63,021 nt of DNA, taken from Candidatus Thorarchaeota archaeon (GTDB lineage Archaea; Asgardarchaeota; Thorarchaeia; Thorarchaeales; Thorarchaeaceae). The position numbers were made by a program, and so were the translations under genes. The notes beneath the pieces were generated by a model. The model was given only the letters and a program-made list of their open reading frames with translations, was not told the origin of the DNA and did not search any database. The stretch lies in NCBI GenBank assembly GCA_048882045.1, contig JBHLRZ010000020.1:1-63021 (forward strand), given 5' to 3'. Positions within the stretch are counted from its first letter, which is position 1. Each line of letters begins with the position of its first letter. Below are positions 28,509 to 38,284 of this stretch, piece after piece.

Positions 28509-28763
28509 TCACACTCCGAGTTTTCGTTTCAGTCTACGTTCAGTTCTTCTATCAAAGCCAATGAATACATCATCTCCGATAATGATTGCAGGGATAGCTA
28601 ATTGACCACTCACTTCCTTGAGTTCATCAATAATCTCAACTGAATCGAGGACACACTTTTCCTCAATCTCTACATTGTTCTCCTCAAGAAATGCCTTCAC
28701 CTTTGCAGAATGTGGACACTCCGGTGCTGTGTAGACTGTCGCCTTGGTCATTGTCTTGTTCAA
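28509..28763 (-). CDS. Glutaredoxin/NrdH-like protein (CxxS)
   Basis: VYTAPECPHS, SGQLAIP, IGFD. Confidence 0.85.
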   Translation of the reverse strand: MNKTMTKATVYTAPECPHSAKVKAFLEENNVEIEEKCVLDSVEIIDELKEVSGQLAIPAIIIGDDVFIGFDRRTERRLKRKLGV

Positions 28764-28892
28764 CCTCTAGAGCTTTGAACGGGAAACACCGTGTAACCAC
28801 CACTGATATAGATTATGAAGTGTGTCCCTTTGAGAACACCCTTAAGTAGAGGTCCATATTCCTTATCATTCGTTATTTGGAGTGTACTGGAA

Positions 28893-29369
28893 ATGGACAA
28901 GGATGAAACTCTCGCTTTCATTGACAGACAGATCAACCTCGAAATGAAGATCATTGAGATTGTTGAGAAGAATGTTGCAGAACTGGGAAACGCTTTCGTG
29001 AAAGAACTCCTGTTAGCTGTTTCAACAGATTCGAAAAAACATGCTGAGCTTTTGAAATCGTTAAGGAAAGCTGTTGAAGGTCCAACTCCATTCATCAGTG
29101 AAGGTGAAAGAGACAAGATTGCCAAAGGCATCGAGGCGCACATCAAGATGGAAGAACAGGCTGTTGAAACCTATGGCAAACTTGCTGAGAAGACTGACAA
29201 TGACCAAGTCAAGACGATTGCTATGATGATAAGAGAGGATGAGCTTAGACATCACGCACTCTTGAAGGAACTCCATAAAGCAGTGATTGAGCCTGAAACC
29301 CTCACTGAAGACATGATCTGGGATACTATGTGGAAAGACTCGCCGTGGAAAGGAAGTCCTGGTGGGTAG
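28893..29369 (+). CDS. Ferritin-like / rubrerythrin-like protein
   Basis: DS.KH, HIKMEE, DELRHH diiron motifs; likely ATG at 28893. Confidence 0.8.
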   Translation: MDKDETLAFIDRQINLEMKIIEIVEKNVAELGNAFVKELLLAVSTDSKKHAELLKSLRKAVEGPTPFISEGERDKIAKGIEAHIKMEEQAVETYGKLAEKTDNDQVKTIAMMIREDELRHHALLKELHKAVIEPETLTEDMIWDTMWKDSPWKGSPGG

Positions 29370-29371
29370 AA

Positions 29372-29920
29372 TCACTCTTGTGTATACCTATCCACTATTG
29401 CCATGAATCCCTCATCTAGACGGTCAATACCAATCCCAGTTCTCGCTGAGATAAGTTGGCCGCCCATTCTGTACTTTTCCATGACATATCGCATTTCCTC
29501 ATTGATGAAGTCCATTCGCTCTGAATCGATAAGGTCTACTTTGTTAGCAACAATCATGAAGCGTTTCCCATCTCCAGACTCCATTCTCAGGTTGCTGTTT
29601 TCTTCGATGGCTGGGATCCAATATCCTTCAAGACTATCGAGAGTCTGCATGCGTGTCACATCAAAGAATAGCAGTCCAACTGTTGCACCCCTGATCATCG
29701 ACTTCATTTGATCGATAAATCTGAGCTGACCCCCGAAATCCCATATTGAGAGCGTAACGTCGTGTCCTGACGCTGTGACGACCTTTTTTGTATCGAAGCT
29801 GGCTCCGATTGTAGTGCGAAGAAAGTTAGGGTCTGGAAAATTGCCTGTTGTATAACGCTGAGTGAACGAGGTTTTCCCACACTCAGTGTCACCCAGTACA
29901 ACAGCTTTCAGAATCTTCAC
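29372..29920 (-). CDS. Rab-like small GTPase
   Basis: G1 GDTECGKTS, G2 TTIGASF, G3 WDFGGQ, G4 NKVD, G5 ISARTG; no C-terminal prenylation motif. Confidence 0.92.
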   Translation of the reverse strand: MKILKAVVLGDTECGKTSFTQRYTTGNFPDPNFLRTTIGASFDTKKVVTASGHDVTLSIWDFGGQLRFIDQMKSMIRGATVGLLFFDVTRMQTLDSLEGYWIPAIEENSNLRMESGDGKRFMIVANKVDLIDSERMDFINEEMRYVMEKYRMGGQLISARTGIGIDRLDEGFMAIVDRYTQE

Positions 29921-29930
29921 TTCTTACACC

Positions 29931-31391
29931 TTATTGTTCCAATTTTATTGAACCGTCTTCTTCTAATCCATATTCGCTTAGTTCATCGAGATGTTTGACA
30001 GTTCTTGATAAACGTGCTGTTACCGGTGGACTACTGAAGACTGTTATTACACTTGCCAAGGATACTAATGCAATAGCAACTATTGGAATTGCTGGAGGCT
30101 CTGGAGGAAGACTGTCCGAGAACATCGTAATCATTGCTATCATAAGAGCTGAAACAATAAACATCATCAATCTCCTCGCTGCAGCAACTCCTCCTGCTCT
30201 TGCTATTCGCATTGATAGTCGAATGAACATGAGCGTACCAAGAATACTAACTACTACAATTGATGCCCATATTAGAGCATTAGTTGCATTGACAGTAAGG
30301 GGAATAGCTGGATCGATGATGATGTCCGGATAGGTCAGATAGGCTGCAATAACTCCAAAGATAACCATTGCCTCACGGGTTAATGTCTGTACCCAATCAC
30401 CATAGAGAGTGGAAGCAGCGGCAAGCATGAACGCGATAATTGCACAAGAACCAAGGACAACATTGACCCAGGTAAGATATTGGTTCCATACAAATCTCTG
30501 GTTTAGATATAAAGTCCAAGATAGAGAACGTGTAGAAACAAGAAGTGCTACGAAAGTGATGACAGCTCCCAAAAAAAGTGGCATTCTGGCACCAGTTTGA
30601 TCTGCTTGTTCGAGGAAGTAGTCCAGTGGTGCTATCAAACATAATGCTGCGAATATTTCAACAACAGCATAGTAAAAGACGGGCCAACTTCCCACCCGGA
30701 AAGAGGCTATCAATAGTGGAACTCCGAGTGTTATCGTGAAGTACAGGATGAAGGTTGCCAAGGTGTATCTCCATGGTTTCCTTATCGAACTGAAAACTGT
30801 AGCTGCTACGATTAGGGGGAGGACTTGTAGGATATAGTATTGTGGATGGGCAAATGTCCAGCCTGTCGTTGCAATGACCCAGGTCAATATATACAAAATG
30901 AGAATCAGAAATAAGGATGCTGAGAATGTCGATGGGTTCTCGCGGAAAAGCACCGCAGAAAGGTAAATTGATGCTACCAACAAAATAGAAAGTCCAATGA
31001 TAATGAAATAAAGCGTGTATCCAAAGAATTCTCCTACAAGATTATCAACAACAACTCCAATGACGATGAAAGCTGTTGTGATTGTACCCAGCTTTGCGCG
31101 AGTAGAAGCAAAGAGAATCCATATTTCAGCGATGACGATGGCTCCGAGAAAGAAAGCTCCAGTACTAGTCATCATGAACCTTAGTGGTTCATACATAATC
31201 ATCAAAATGGCGAAAGCCATTGCAATACCAGTCATTGAATATGCTATCAACGCGCGTCTTGTACCTAGACCAATATCTGAATAGATTTCCCTGACTCGTC
31301 TCGCAAAAATGAGAAGAGACAATAATAGAATCAAAATGATGATATTTCCTGCGTCGAGATGTATTACATCAAAATCAATCGGTATTTGCAT
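29931..31391 (-). CDS. Polytopic (~14 TM) membrane protein of unknown function
   Basis: Hydrophobic throughout; paralog of 31416-32855. Confidence 0.8.
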   Translation of the reverse strand: MQIPIDFDVIHLDAGNIIILILLLSLLIFARRVREIYSDIGLGTRRALIAYSMTGIAMAFAILMIMYEPLRFMMTSTGAFFLGAIVIAEIWILFASTRAKLGTITTAFIVIGVVVDNLVGEFFGYTLYFIIIGLSILLVASIYLSAVLFRENPSTFSASLFLILILYILTWVIATTGWTFAHPQYYILQVLPLIVAATVFSSIRKPWRYTLATFILYFTITLGVPLLIASFRVGSWPVFYYAVVEIFAALCLIAPLDYFLEQADQTGARMPLFLGAVITFVALLVSTRSLSWTLYLNQRFVWNQYLTWVNVVLGSCAIIAFMLAAASTLYGDWVQTLTREAMVIFGVIAAYLTYPDIIIDPAIPLTVNATNALIWASIVVVSILGTLMFIRLSMRIARAGGVAAARRLMMFIVSALMIAMITMFSDSLPPEPPAIPIVAIALVSLASVITVFSSPPVTARLSRTVKHLDELSEYGLEEDGSIKLEQ

Positions 31392-31415
31392 AGCATTACC
31401 TCCATACTTTACTCC

Positions 31416-32855
31416 TTAGTATTCTATCTTTATCGACCCATCTTCTCCGACGCCAATCTTACTCACTTCATCCAACTTCTCAACAGTCCTTGTTATACGA
31501 GCCCAGACTGGAGGACTACTCAGTAAGGCTAGACTTCCTGCAAACAACAGTAGTGAAATAGAGGCGATTGGAATATCAGGAGGAACAGGTGGGATAGTGT
31601 CTGAGTACATTGAAACGACTGCAATCATCAGTGCAGAGGTTATAAATGCCATCAGACGTCCAGCAGCTATTCGACCTCCTGATCTGAAGATTCGTATTGA
31701 AAGTCGAATGAAGAACAATGTACCAATGGCAATCACTACTCCAAGGGCTAACCATACCATTGAATTTGAAATGAACGTGGGTTGAGTATAAGGAAATACG
31801 AGCAACACCGCAAATGTGGTGAATATGAGCATTCCCTCTCGAGTTATCATTAGTGCCCAATCACCATGAAGGGAGGACACAGCGGCTAGCATGAATGCAA
31901 TGATTGCCATAGAACCAATTATTACATCAACCCAGACTAGGTATTGATTCCATACAAGTCCATTAGAAATAAAGACGGCCCATGACAGTGAATGTGTCGC
32001 TACCAATAGTGCCACCAACGATACTACAGCACCAAGATACAACGGTGTCATTGTCCCAGTTTCAACAGCTTGATCAAGGAAATAGTTGAGAGGAGCCATT
32101 AGACAGAATGCTGTGAACATTTCAACTCCGACGAAAAAGAAGATTGTCCAACTACCAACATCAGCGGCTGACGAAAGTAGAGGTGTACACAGAGTGAATG
32201 TAAAAAGCATAAGGAACACTGCGATAGTTGTTCTCCAAGGCTTCCTGATGGAGCTAAAGACTGTTGCAGCAACAATGATAGGAATGACTTGCAATACATA
32301 ATACTCAGGATTGTCGAAGATCCACCCTGTGGCTGCAATAATCCATGTTGACATGTATAGTATCAAAACAACGAGTAGGGATGCTGAAAAAGTCGAAGGA
32401 TTTTCTCGAACTAGAACAAATGCAAAGTACGCTGAACCCAGCATGAGAAGTGGCAAACCAATCATCATGAAATAGAGGGGAAATCCGAAAAACTCCTCAA
32501 GGAAGTTGTTGGCGTAAACTCCAATTATAATGAGGACTATGACAACCGTTCCTTGATTGGCTCTTTTCTCTGGTTGAAGGATATATAGCTCTGCAATCAG
32601 AATGGACCCAAGAAAAAATGCTCCTGTTCCAGTGACCATGAAACGCATGAGCTCTGAAACAGCAGTAAACGTTGCTAATGCCATTGCAATACCTGACATT
32701 GCATACGCCATTAAAGCACGTCGAGTGCCAACTCCGATGTCAGGATAAATCTGTCTGACACGATTTCCAAATAGCATTAGTGAAAGTGCAAGAACTACGA
32801 CTATTACGTTTCCAGAATCAAGAAGCGCTGAATAGAAATCGATGGGAATTTGCAC
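31416..32855 (-). CDS. Polytopic (~14 TM) membrane protein of unknown function, paralog
   Basis: Shared motifs MQIPIDF, RENPSTFSASL, FSSIRKPWR, WNQYL.WV, EDGSIK. Confidence 0.8.
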   Translation of the reverse strand: MQIPIDFYSALLDSGNVIVVVLALSLMLFGNRVRQIYPDIGVGTRRALMAYAMSGIAMALATFTAVSELMRFMVTGTGAFFLGSILIAELYILQPEKRANQGTVVIVLIIIGVYANNFLEEFFGFPLYFMMIGLPLLMLGSAYFAFVLVRENPSTFSASLLVVLILYMSTWIIAATGWIFDNPEYYVLQVIPIIVAATVFSSIRKPWRTTIAVFLMLFTFTLCTPLLSSAADVGSWTIFFFVGVEMFTAFCLMAPLNYFLDQAVETGTMTPLYLGAVVSLVALLVATHSLSWAVFISNGLVWNQYLVWVDVIIGSMAIIAFMLAAVSSLHGDWALMITREGMLIFTTFAVLLVFPYTQPTFISNSMVWLALGVVIAIGTLFFIRLSIRIFRSGGRIAAGRLMAFITSALMIAVVSMYSDTIPPVPPDIPIASISLLLFAGSLALLSSPPVWARITRTVEKLDEVSKIGVGEDGSIKIEY

Positions 32856-32859
32856 ATAA

Positions 32860-33234
32860 TCAACCCCACAGACTGCTAATCTCTCGCCCTCTCTTTCTCA
32901 GGGCTTTGGCTATTATCTTAGTTAGCCATTCCTCAGTAGCATTTGTATTCTCCATGATGAGTGAAAGTACAGAACCAGCTTCCTTCTCGTTATCAGCTTC
33001 GCATATGTACAAAAACTCAGTTCTCTGTATGTAACCAACGACTCCCTTGTCAGACTTCATATAGTTCGCAGCCTCACCGTTAGATGGAGAACCGTCTCGT
33101 TGGAGAGCTGTTGAAACCAATTGGACAATGCCAGTAAGAAGAGCTACTCTCTCTGCACTCTGCTCTTCTGGCGGATAAAGTACCTTAGATTCCATATTGT
33201 CCAATACTACACGAACTACCATTCTTACAACCAT
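32860..33234 (-). CDS. Longin-like small protein
   Basis: Predicted beta-beta-alpha-beta-beta-beta-alpha-alpha order (MVVRV, KVLY, ALLTGIVQLV, NYMKS, VVGYIQ, FLYICEAD, EAGSVLSLI). Confidence 0.55.
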   Translation of the reverse strand: MVVRMVVRVVLDNMESKVLYPPEEQSAERVALLTGIVQLVSTALQRDGSPSNGEAANYMKSDKGVVGYIQRTEFLYICEADNEKEAGSVLSLIMENTNATEEWLTKIIAKALRKRGREISSLWG

Positions 33235-33533
33235 CAGGATTTACCTCCAAAGGCCTTTGTTAGCCAATCAATTTCTTTCGAGCCCTCATCTTTAGACTTA
33301 GTAGACTCCTTTTCAGATCGATGTGGGACAACAATGTCTCGAATACCTAATCCTTCGCCATTACGAAGATTGTACAAAGTTACTAGTAATTCATGATTGT
33401 TGATACATCGAACGATAAGTGTAGGTGAGCGGCCCTCATTCTGAATTCTGTGTTTGACTGCTTCGGCCTCGTCGTCACTAATTTGAACTAGGGCGTTGCC
33501 TTTGCATTCTGGACATCTGAAGAGAATTTCCAT
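33234..33533 (-). CDS. Small Zn-finger protein
   Basis: CPEC ... CINNH; stop overlaps the next start codon. Confidence 0.7.
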   Translation of the reverse strand: MEILFRCPECKGNALVQISDDEAEAVKHRIQNEGRSPTLIVRCINNHELLVTLYNLRNGEGLGIRDIVVPHRSEKESTKSKDEGSKEIDWLTKAFGGKS

Positions 33534-33739
33534 GTCAGTGCGCAGCCTCTAAGTATCTGGTCCCTTTTTTTCTGTGGAATCCAATTACTTAAGCCTATGT
33601 TGTTGAAAGTTACAGAATTGATGTTAAAAAATCGAAAGTTGTTTTCATAGATATCGCAACAAGAATCAAGCTTTTTTGCGATAGCTGAATGCTTATCTTA
33701 AAAGTTGCAACCTGAAACTTCACTTATAATGAGGATGAG

Positions 33740-35644
33740 ATGATGACGGTTGAAGATGTGAAGCGGACTGATAGAGGTCCAGCTCTAATGTTAGCCAATG
33801 AGGCAGTCGTACGAGGTGCTCTTGAGGCTGGTGTAAAGATTGTAGCTTTCTACCCTGGATCTCCGGTTTCAGAAATTCTTGATACATTCGGAGAAGTACT
33901 CGACCATTTCCAGGACTACAAGATGCATATTGCTGCAAACGAAAAGGTCGCGCTTGAGACTGTTGCTGGAGCTTCGATGGCGGGAATGAGGTCTTTTACT
34001 TCAATGAAAAGTGTTGGAATGAATGTTGCGAGTGATTCCATGTTCAGTATAGGATATACAGGACTCAACGCTGGTTGTGTTTGTCTGATTGCCGACGATC
34101 CTTATGCACATTCATCACAGTCAGAAGAGGATGGAAGATTCTATGGAGAGTACGCATATGTCCCCATGCTTGAACCTTCGACAGCACAAGAGGCTCTCGA
34201 CATGACTAAATGGGCATTTGAAATATCAGAGAAGTTCAAGACTCTAGTCATCATCCGAACAACTACAAGGGTTAACCATCAAAGAGGCATGGTGAACCTG
34301 GGGAACCTTAATCGTAAACCATTCAAGAAAAATAAGTGGGCTGATGTGAAGAGACAATACTTCACTGTTGGTTCAGTTGCACGAAGACTCAAAGCTAAAC
34401 TTCTCGAAAAGACTGCGGAGATAAAGAAAGAGTTCAATGCCACTGAGTTCAATAGAGTTGTACCAGGAAGCGGCAATATGGGGATACTTACAGCTGGTGT
34501 CTGTTTTCTCCATGTTAAGGAAGCACTGAAAAATCTTGAGATTGAATTACCAGTCTTCAAACTTGGCACGACATTCCCACTTCCTGATGAGAAACTTGCT
34601 GATTTTATTCGACCACTCTCAACACTAATCGTTGTTGAGGAACTTACACCGTATCTTGAAACTAGAATCGCAGCTATTGCGAAAACAGTCAATCCTTCAT
34701 TGAACATTGTCGGTAAGAAGAGTGGACACTTCAGTGAAATGCTGGAGTATAATGTTCCAATTGTAGAAAAAGTACTAGCAGAGGTCACAGACAAAAAGAT
34801 CAGCTTGGATTATGATGCAGTATTGAAGAAAGCTGAGAAGCTTAAGGAGATTCTTCCAGAACGACCTCCAATCTTCTGTCCTGGGTGCCCGCACCGTGGT
34901 ACACTCTGGGCCTTCAGACAGGCATTGCAGCAGCTTCGTATCAGGAACAACATAGTGTTCAATAATGACATAGGTTGCTACTCTATGGCATTTCTCCCGC
35001 CCAATGAGTTCTCTGATTCAATGTTGGCAATGGGAGCATCATTAGGTATCTCTGCAGGAATGGAACTAGCGCTCGAGGACAAGATCATTGCAATGGTAGG
35101 GGACAGCACACTATATCATGCAGCCTTACCGGGAATCGTGAATCTCATTCATCATAACTCGAATGTTACATTATTCGTCCTGGATAATTCCGTCACAGCA
35201 ATGACAGGACAGCAGTTCAATCCTAATTCTCCCTTCGATGCAGGAGGACACCCAGCGAGAAAGATAAACATGGAGAAGATGTTTGAGGCGCTAGGTGCAA
35301 ACACGGTTTCTATAATAGACCCCTACGAAACCAGAGACTGTATTGGTACAATAAAAGAAGCAATCGAAGCTGATGGATTCAATGTGATAATCTCAAGACG
35401 TGATTGCGCACTCTATGGAGACCGAGAGAAGAAGAAGCGTGGAGAAAAGATTGTCCCAAGCGAGAATGTGAAAGACACATGCAAAGGGCTCTATGTTTGT
35501 GTCAAGGAGTTCTATTGTCCTGCAATAACAATAGATGAATCAGATGCAAAGATGGTCATTCAGAGAGATCTATGTGACGGTTGTTTGGAGTGCAGACAGG
35601 TATGTCCTGTTGATGCACCAAGACAAGTGGAGGTGAAGAGATGA
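33740..35644 (+). CDS. iorA: Indolepyruvate:ferredoxin oxidoreductase alpha subunit
   Basis: NEA..RGA.EAG, YPG.P.SEI, NEKVALE, RPP.FCPGCPHR, DIGCY, GDST..H, C-terminal 4Fe-4S. Confidence 0.95.
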   Translation: MMTVEDVKRTDRGPALMLANEAVVRGALEAGVKIVAFYPGSPVSEILDTFGEVLDHFQDYKMHIAANEKVALETVAGASMAGMRSFTSMKSVGMNVASDSMFSIGYTGLNAGCVCLIADDPYAHSSQSEEDGRFYGEYAYVPMLEPSTAQEALDMTKWAFEISEKFKTLVIIRTTTRVNHQRGMVNLGNLNRKPFKKNKWADVKRQYFTVGSVARRLKAKLLEKTAEIKKEFNATEFNRVVPGSGNMGILTAGVCFLHVKEALKNLEIELPVFKLGTTFPLPDEKLADFIRPLSTLIVVEELTPYLETRIAAIAKTVNPSLNIVGKKSGHFSEMLEYNVPIVEKVLAEVTDKKISLDYDAVLKKAEKLKEILPERPPIFCPGCPHRGTLWAFRQALQQLRIRNNIVFNNDIGCYSMAFLPPNEFSDSMLAMGASLGISAGMELALEDKIIAMVGDSTLYHAALPGIVNLIHHNSNVTLFVLDNSVTAMTGQQFNPNSPFDAGGHPARKINMEKMFEALGANTVSIIDPYETRDCIGTIKEAIEADGFNVIISRRDCALYGDREKKKRGEKIVPSENVKDTCKGLYVCVKEFYCPAITIDESDAKMVIQRDLCDGCLECRQVCPVDAPRQVEVKR

Positions 35645-36276
35645 GCAGCACAAAGGATACATTCAACATCATGTTCGCAGGCGTGGGTGGCCAAGGACTT
35701 ATGCTACTCTCTGCGATACTGGGAAAAGCAGCTGTGGACTCAGGTCTTAAAGTGATGACTGGAGAACAGCACGGTCTTTCCCAAAGACAGGGCTCGATTT
35801 ATGTTCACTTCCGGATTGGAGAACCGATATCCCCTTTGATACCCTATGGCAAGGCAGACATGATGATTGCGATGGAAGCCACCGAAGCTCTCAGATATGT
35901 AGAATATCTGAAAGAAGATGGGGTGGTAATCATGAGTAATCGTATCATGCCATCAGTTACTGAAACCAAGAATGTTGCTTTGGATAAAGAGAAGAAGACC
36001 AAATATCTCACGGTCGATCAGGTAGTTGAGAAACTAAAGCAAGTCACGAAGAATGTCGTACTCCTCGACTCCCTCGATCTCGCTATTCAGGCAGGAAATG
36101 CAAGAACCGAGAATTCAGTTCTTGTTGGAGCAACGGTCGCTTGCGCAGACTTTCCAATTCCAGCTGAAGAGGTTCGCAAGGCTGTTCTCGCCTTAGTGCC
36201 ACCTAAGACAGTAGATGCGAATTCTAAAGCATTCGACCTGGGCCGAGAGGCAGGGAGTACCTGCCTTGGAACCTGA
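35641..36276 (+). CDS. iorB: Indolepyruvate:ferredoxin oxidoreductase beta subunit
   Basis: GVGGQG, HGLSQR.GS, SPLIP.G.AD; ATGA overlap with iorA. Confidence 0.95.
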   Translation: MSSTKDTFNIMFAGVGGQGLMLLSAILGKAAVDSGLKVMTGEQHGLSQRQGSIYVHFRIGEPISPLIPYGKADMMIAMEATEALRYVEYLKEDGVVIMSNRIMPSVTETKNVALDKEKKTKYLTVDQVVEKLKQVTKNVVLLDSLDLAIQAGNARTENSVLVGATVACADFPIPAEEVRKAVLALVPPKTVDANSKAFDLGREAGSTCLGT

Positions 36277-36452
36277 TTCATTTCCTCTTACTAGTCTTGT
36301 ATGACAGAGTCTTAGCATGAGCGCTTGGACAGTGGTGTGCAAGTAATTGCTCCAAAGAGAATAACTACTGATTCTCAAATGATTTTTAATGCCTTCTTGT
36401 CAGAGTTTCAAACCGTTTTGATAAAGAATAGATAGAGTTTGATTCTGAGCGT

Positions 36453-38201
36453 GTGGAACATATGACCAATCTATATCATCGTGCGCTGAGTATCGGTAAT
36501 CTAAATTCAGAGGCGAAGCAGTTCATTTCTCGAGCAACTAGCCTAATACTTACATACAGCTTCGTAGTGATGTTGACAAACACCTTCCTGATTCTTCAAG
36601 CTTTGGAGTTTGTAACTCTAACAGAGCTCGCCATGATCTTGGCTATTCAGTTCGTTATACAATCAATTGCTAGTTATCCCGCTGGTGCTATTGGCGATTG
36701 GATTGGACAACGGTGGGTTTTGTTTACTGCTGCAATCTCCTACGGAATTGGATTCATCGTAATTTCACAAGCAATTGATTTCCTGTCAGTTGCAATTGCA
36801 TTCATCTTAGTAGCGTTTGCTCAGAGTCAAGAGACTGGCACATACATCGCATGGTTTGATACAAACTACAAGATCTATACAGAAGGGGACGATAAGGATA
36901 GACGTACATATTCTCAGTTCTATGGTAAATTCACAATGTTCCAAGAGCTCCTGACAGCTTTCTCTTTCATCCTAGGGGGAATACTTCTGAGTTTGGTGGA
37001 TCGTCAGATGTTGTTCCTCTTCCAAGGGTTTCTGCTCATAGCTGTTTCACTATTACTCTTGAGATTCATCCAAGATCATAAAGATCTGAAACGTGAAAAG
37101 AGGAACCTAAATGCGTACTTCAGATATCTTCGAGGTGGACTAACAACAGCAGCTCGAAATAGGACACTGAGATTGATGATTCTGGGACTGATGATATCTG
37201 GTGCAGGTTGGGCTATTTGGGGAGGTCTAATTCTCTTCCCCCTCTATGCTAGTTATGCCTTTTCAGACACAGGAACTGCATTGCTCCGATCAAGTATCTT
37301 CATACTAGGCGCTCTTTGCGTTGGGTTAGCTGGTACCATATCTAAGCGAATAGGAAAATTACAGAAGTGGCTTGCGATAGCAGTCTTCCTCACAGATTTT
37401 GTCTTTTTCATTGGGATGTACATCATGTTGTCTTTGAATCCAGCTCCTTCGAGTTTCATGTGGATGTCCTTCTTCATTGTGATTCTGACCTTCACATTGG
37501 CATTTGGCCCTCGATTTTTGGCTGATGTATTAAGACCTCGGTTCTACTTGGATGTCATTCCTGACGAAAATCGAAATGCTGTCTATTCGCTCATTCCGAC
37601 TTTAGTTATGGTTGTAAGTATCTTCGCAGTGCCTACTGGCGGACTTATGATAGACATTTTGGGTCAAGAAACAACAATAATGATTCTAGCTTTGAATGGT
37701 TTGATTGGATCGAGTATCACTGCTGTGGCAATCTATAGACACACTGTCGAAACTGAGATAACAACTGAAACAATTGACCTATGTTGTCCAATCTTTCCAA
37801 GCAAACTAATAGATACTCAGACAATCGTTCCACTATCTCTCCCATGCTGTTGGTCTTTTGACCCAATCACCGAATACATCTGGAACCAACTTCGAGAAAC
37901 TGCACTAGCTGATGAGGTGATCACAGAGGAAGAGGCCATAATTATCGATAGAGTCACACTTGATGTGAGAGCCTATGGTGAAGTTCTCAAGCAAGTACTA
38001 GAAGACGGAAAGATAGACGAAACAGAGCAGAAGTCGCTAATTCAAGCTCGTGATCAAATTTGGATTGAAGCGAATAATTCAGCAATAAAATCTGGACAAC
38101 TGAGTGAAGACGCACAACAGATCCTATCGAAACTTTCAGTCCTGCTGAAGAATATAGATACCAAACGTCTATTCCAAACAACAGAAAGTGTGTCAGACTA
38201 G
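36453..38201 (+). CDS. MFS transporter with C-terminal soluble helical domain
   Basis: YP.GAIGDWIGQR motif A; 12 TM; IPDENRNAVYSL; C-terminal CCP..P..PCCW plus DEVITEEE/DGKIDETE repeats. Confidence 0.8.
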   Translation: MEHMTNLYHRALSIGNLNSEAKQFISRATSLILTYSFVVMLTNTFLILQALEFVTLTELAMILAIQFVIQSIASYPAGAIGDWIGQRWVLFTAAISYGIGFIVISQAIDFLSVAIAFILVAFAQSQETGTYIAWFDTNYKIYTEGDDKDRRTYSQFYGKFTMFQELLTAFSFILGGILLSLVDRQMLFLFQGFLLIAVSLLLLRFIQDHKDLKREKRNLNAYFRYLRGGLTTAARNRTLRLMILGLMISGAGWAIWGGLILFPLYASYAFSDTGTALLRSSIFILGALCVGLAGTISKRIGKLQKWLAIAVFLTDFVFFIGMYIMLSLNPAPSSFMWMSFFIVILTFTLAFGPRFLADVLRPRFYLDVIPDENRNAVYSLIPTLVMVVSIFAVPTGGLMIDILGQETTIMILALNGLIGSSITAVAIYRHTVETEITTETIDLCCPIFPSKLIDTQTIVPLSLPCCWSFDPITEYIWNQLRETALADEVITEEEAIIIDRVTLDVRAYGEVLKQVLEDGKIDETEQKSLIQARDQIWIEANNSAIKSGQLSEDAQQILSKLSVLLKNIDTKRLFQTTESVSD

Positions 38202-38284
38202 AGCTATACTATGACCCATCCTAGAGCAGTTCCGGCTGATGGTAGAGCCTCTGTTTGAGGAGCCGCATGCTTTGAAACGGTAAA

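Noticed and set aside
34279-34794. 171-aa minus-strand ORF
   Set aside because: Antisense shadow of iorA.
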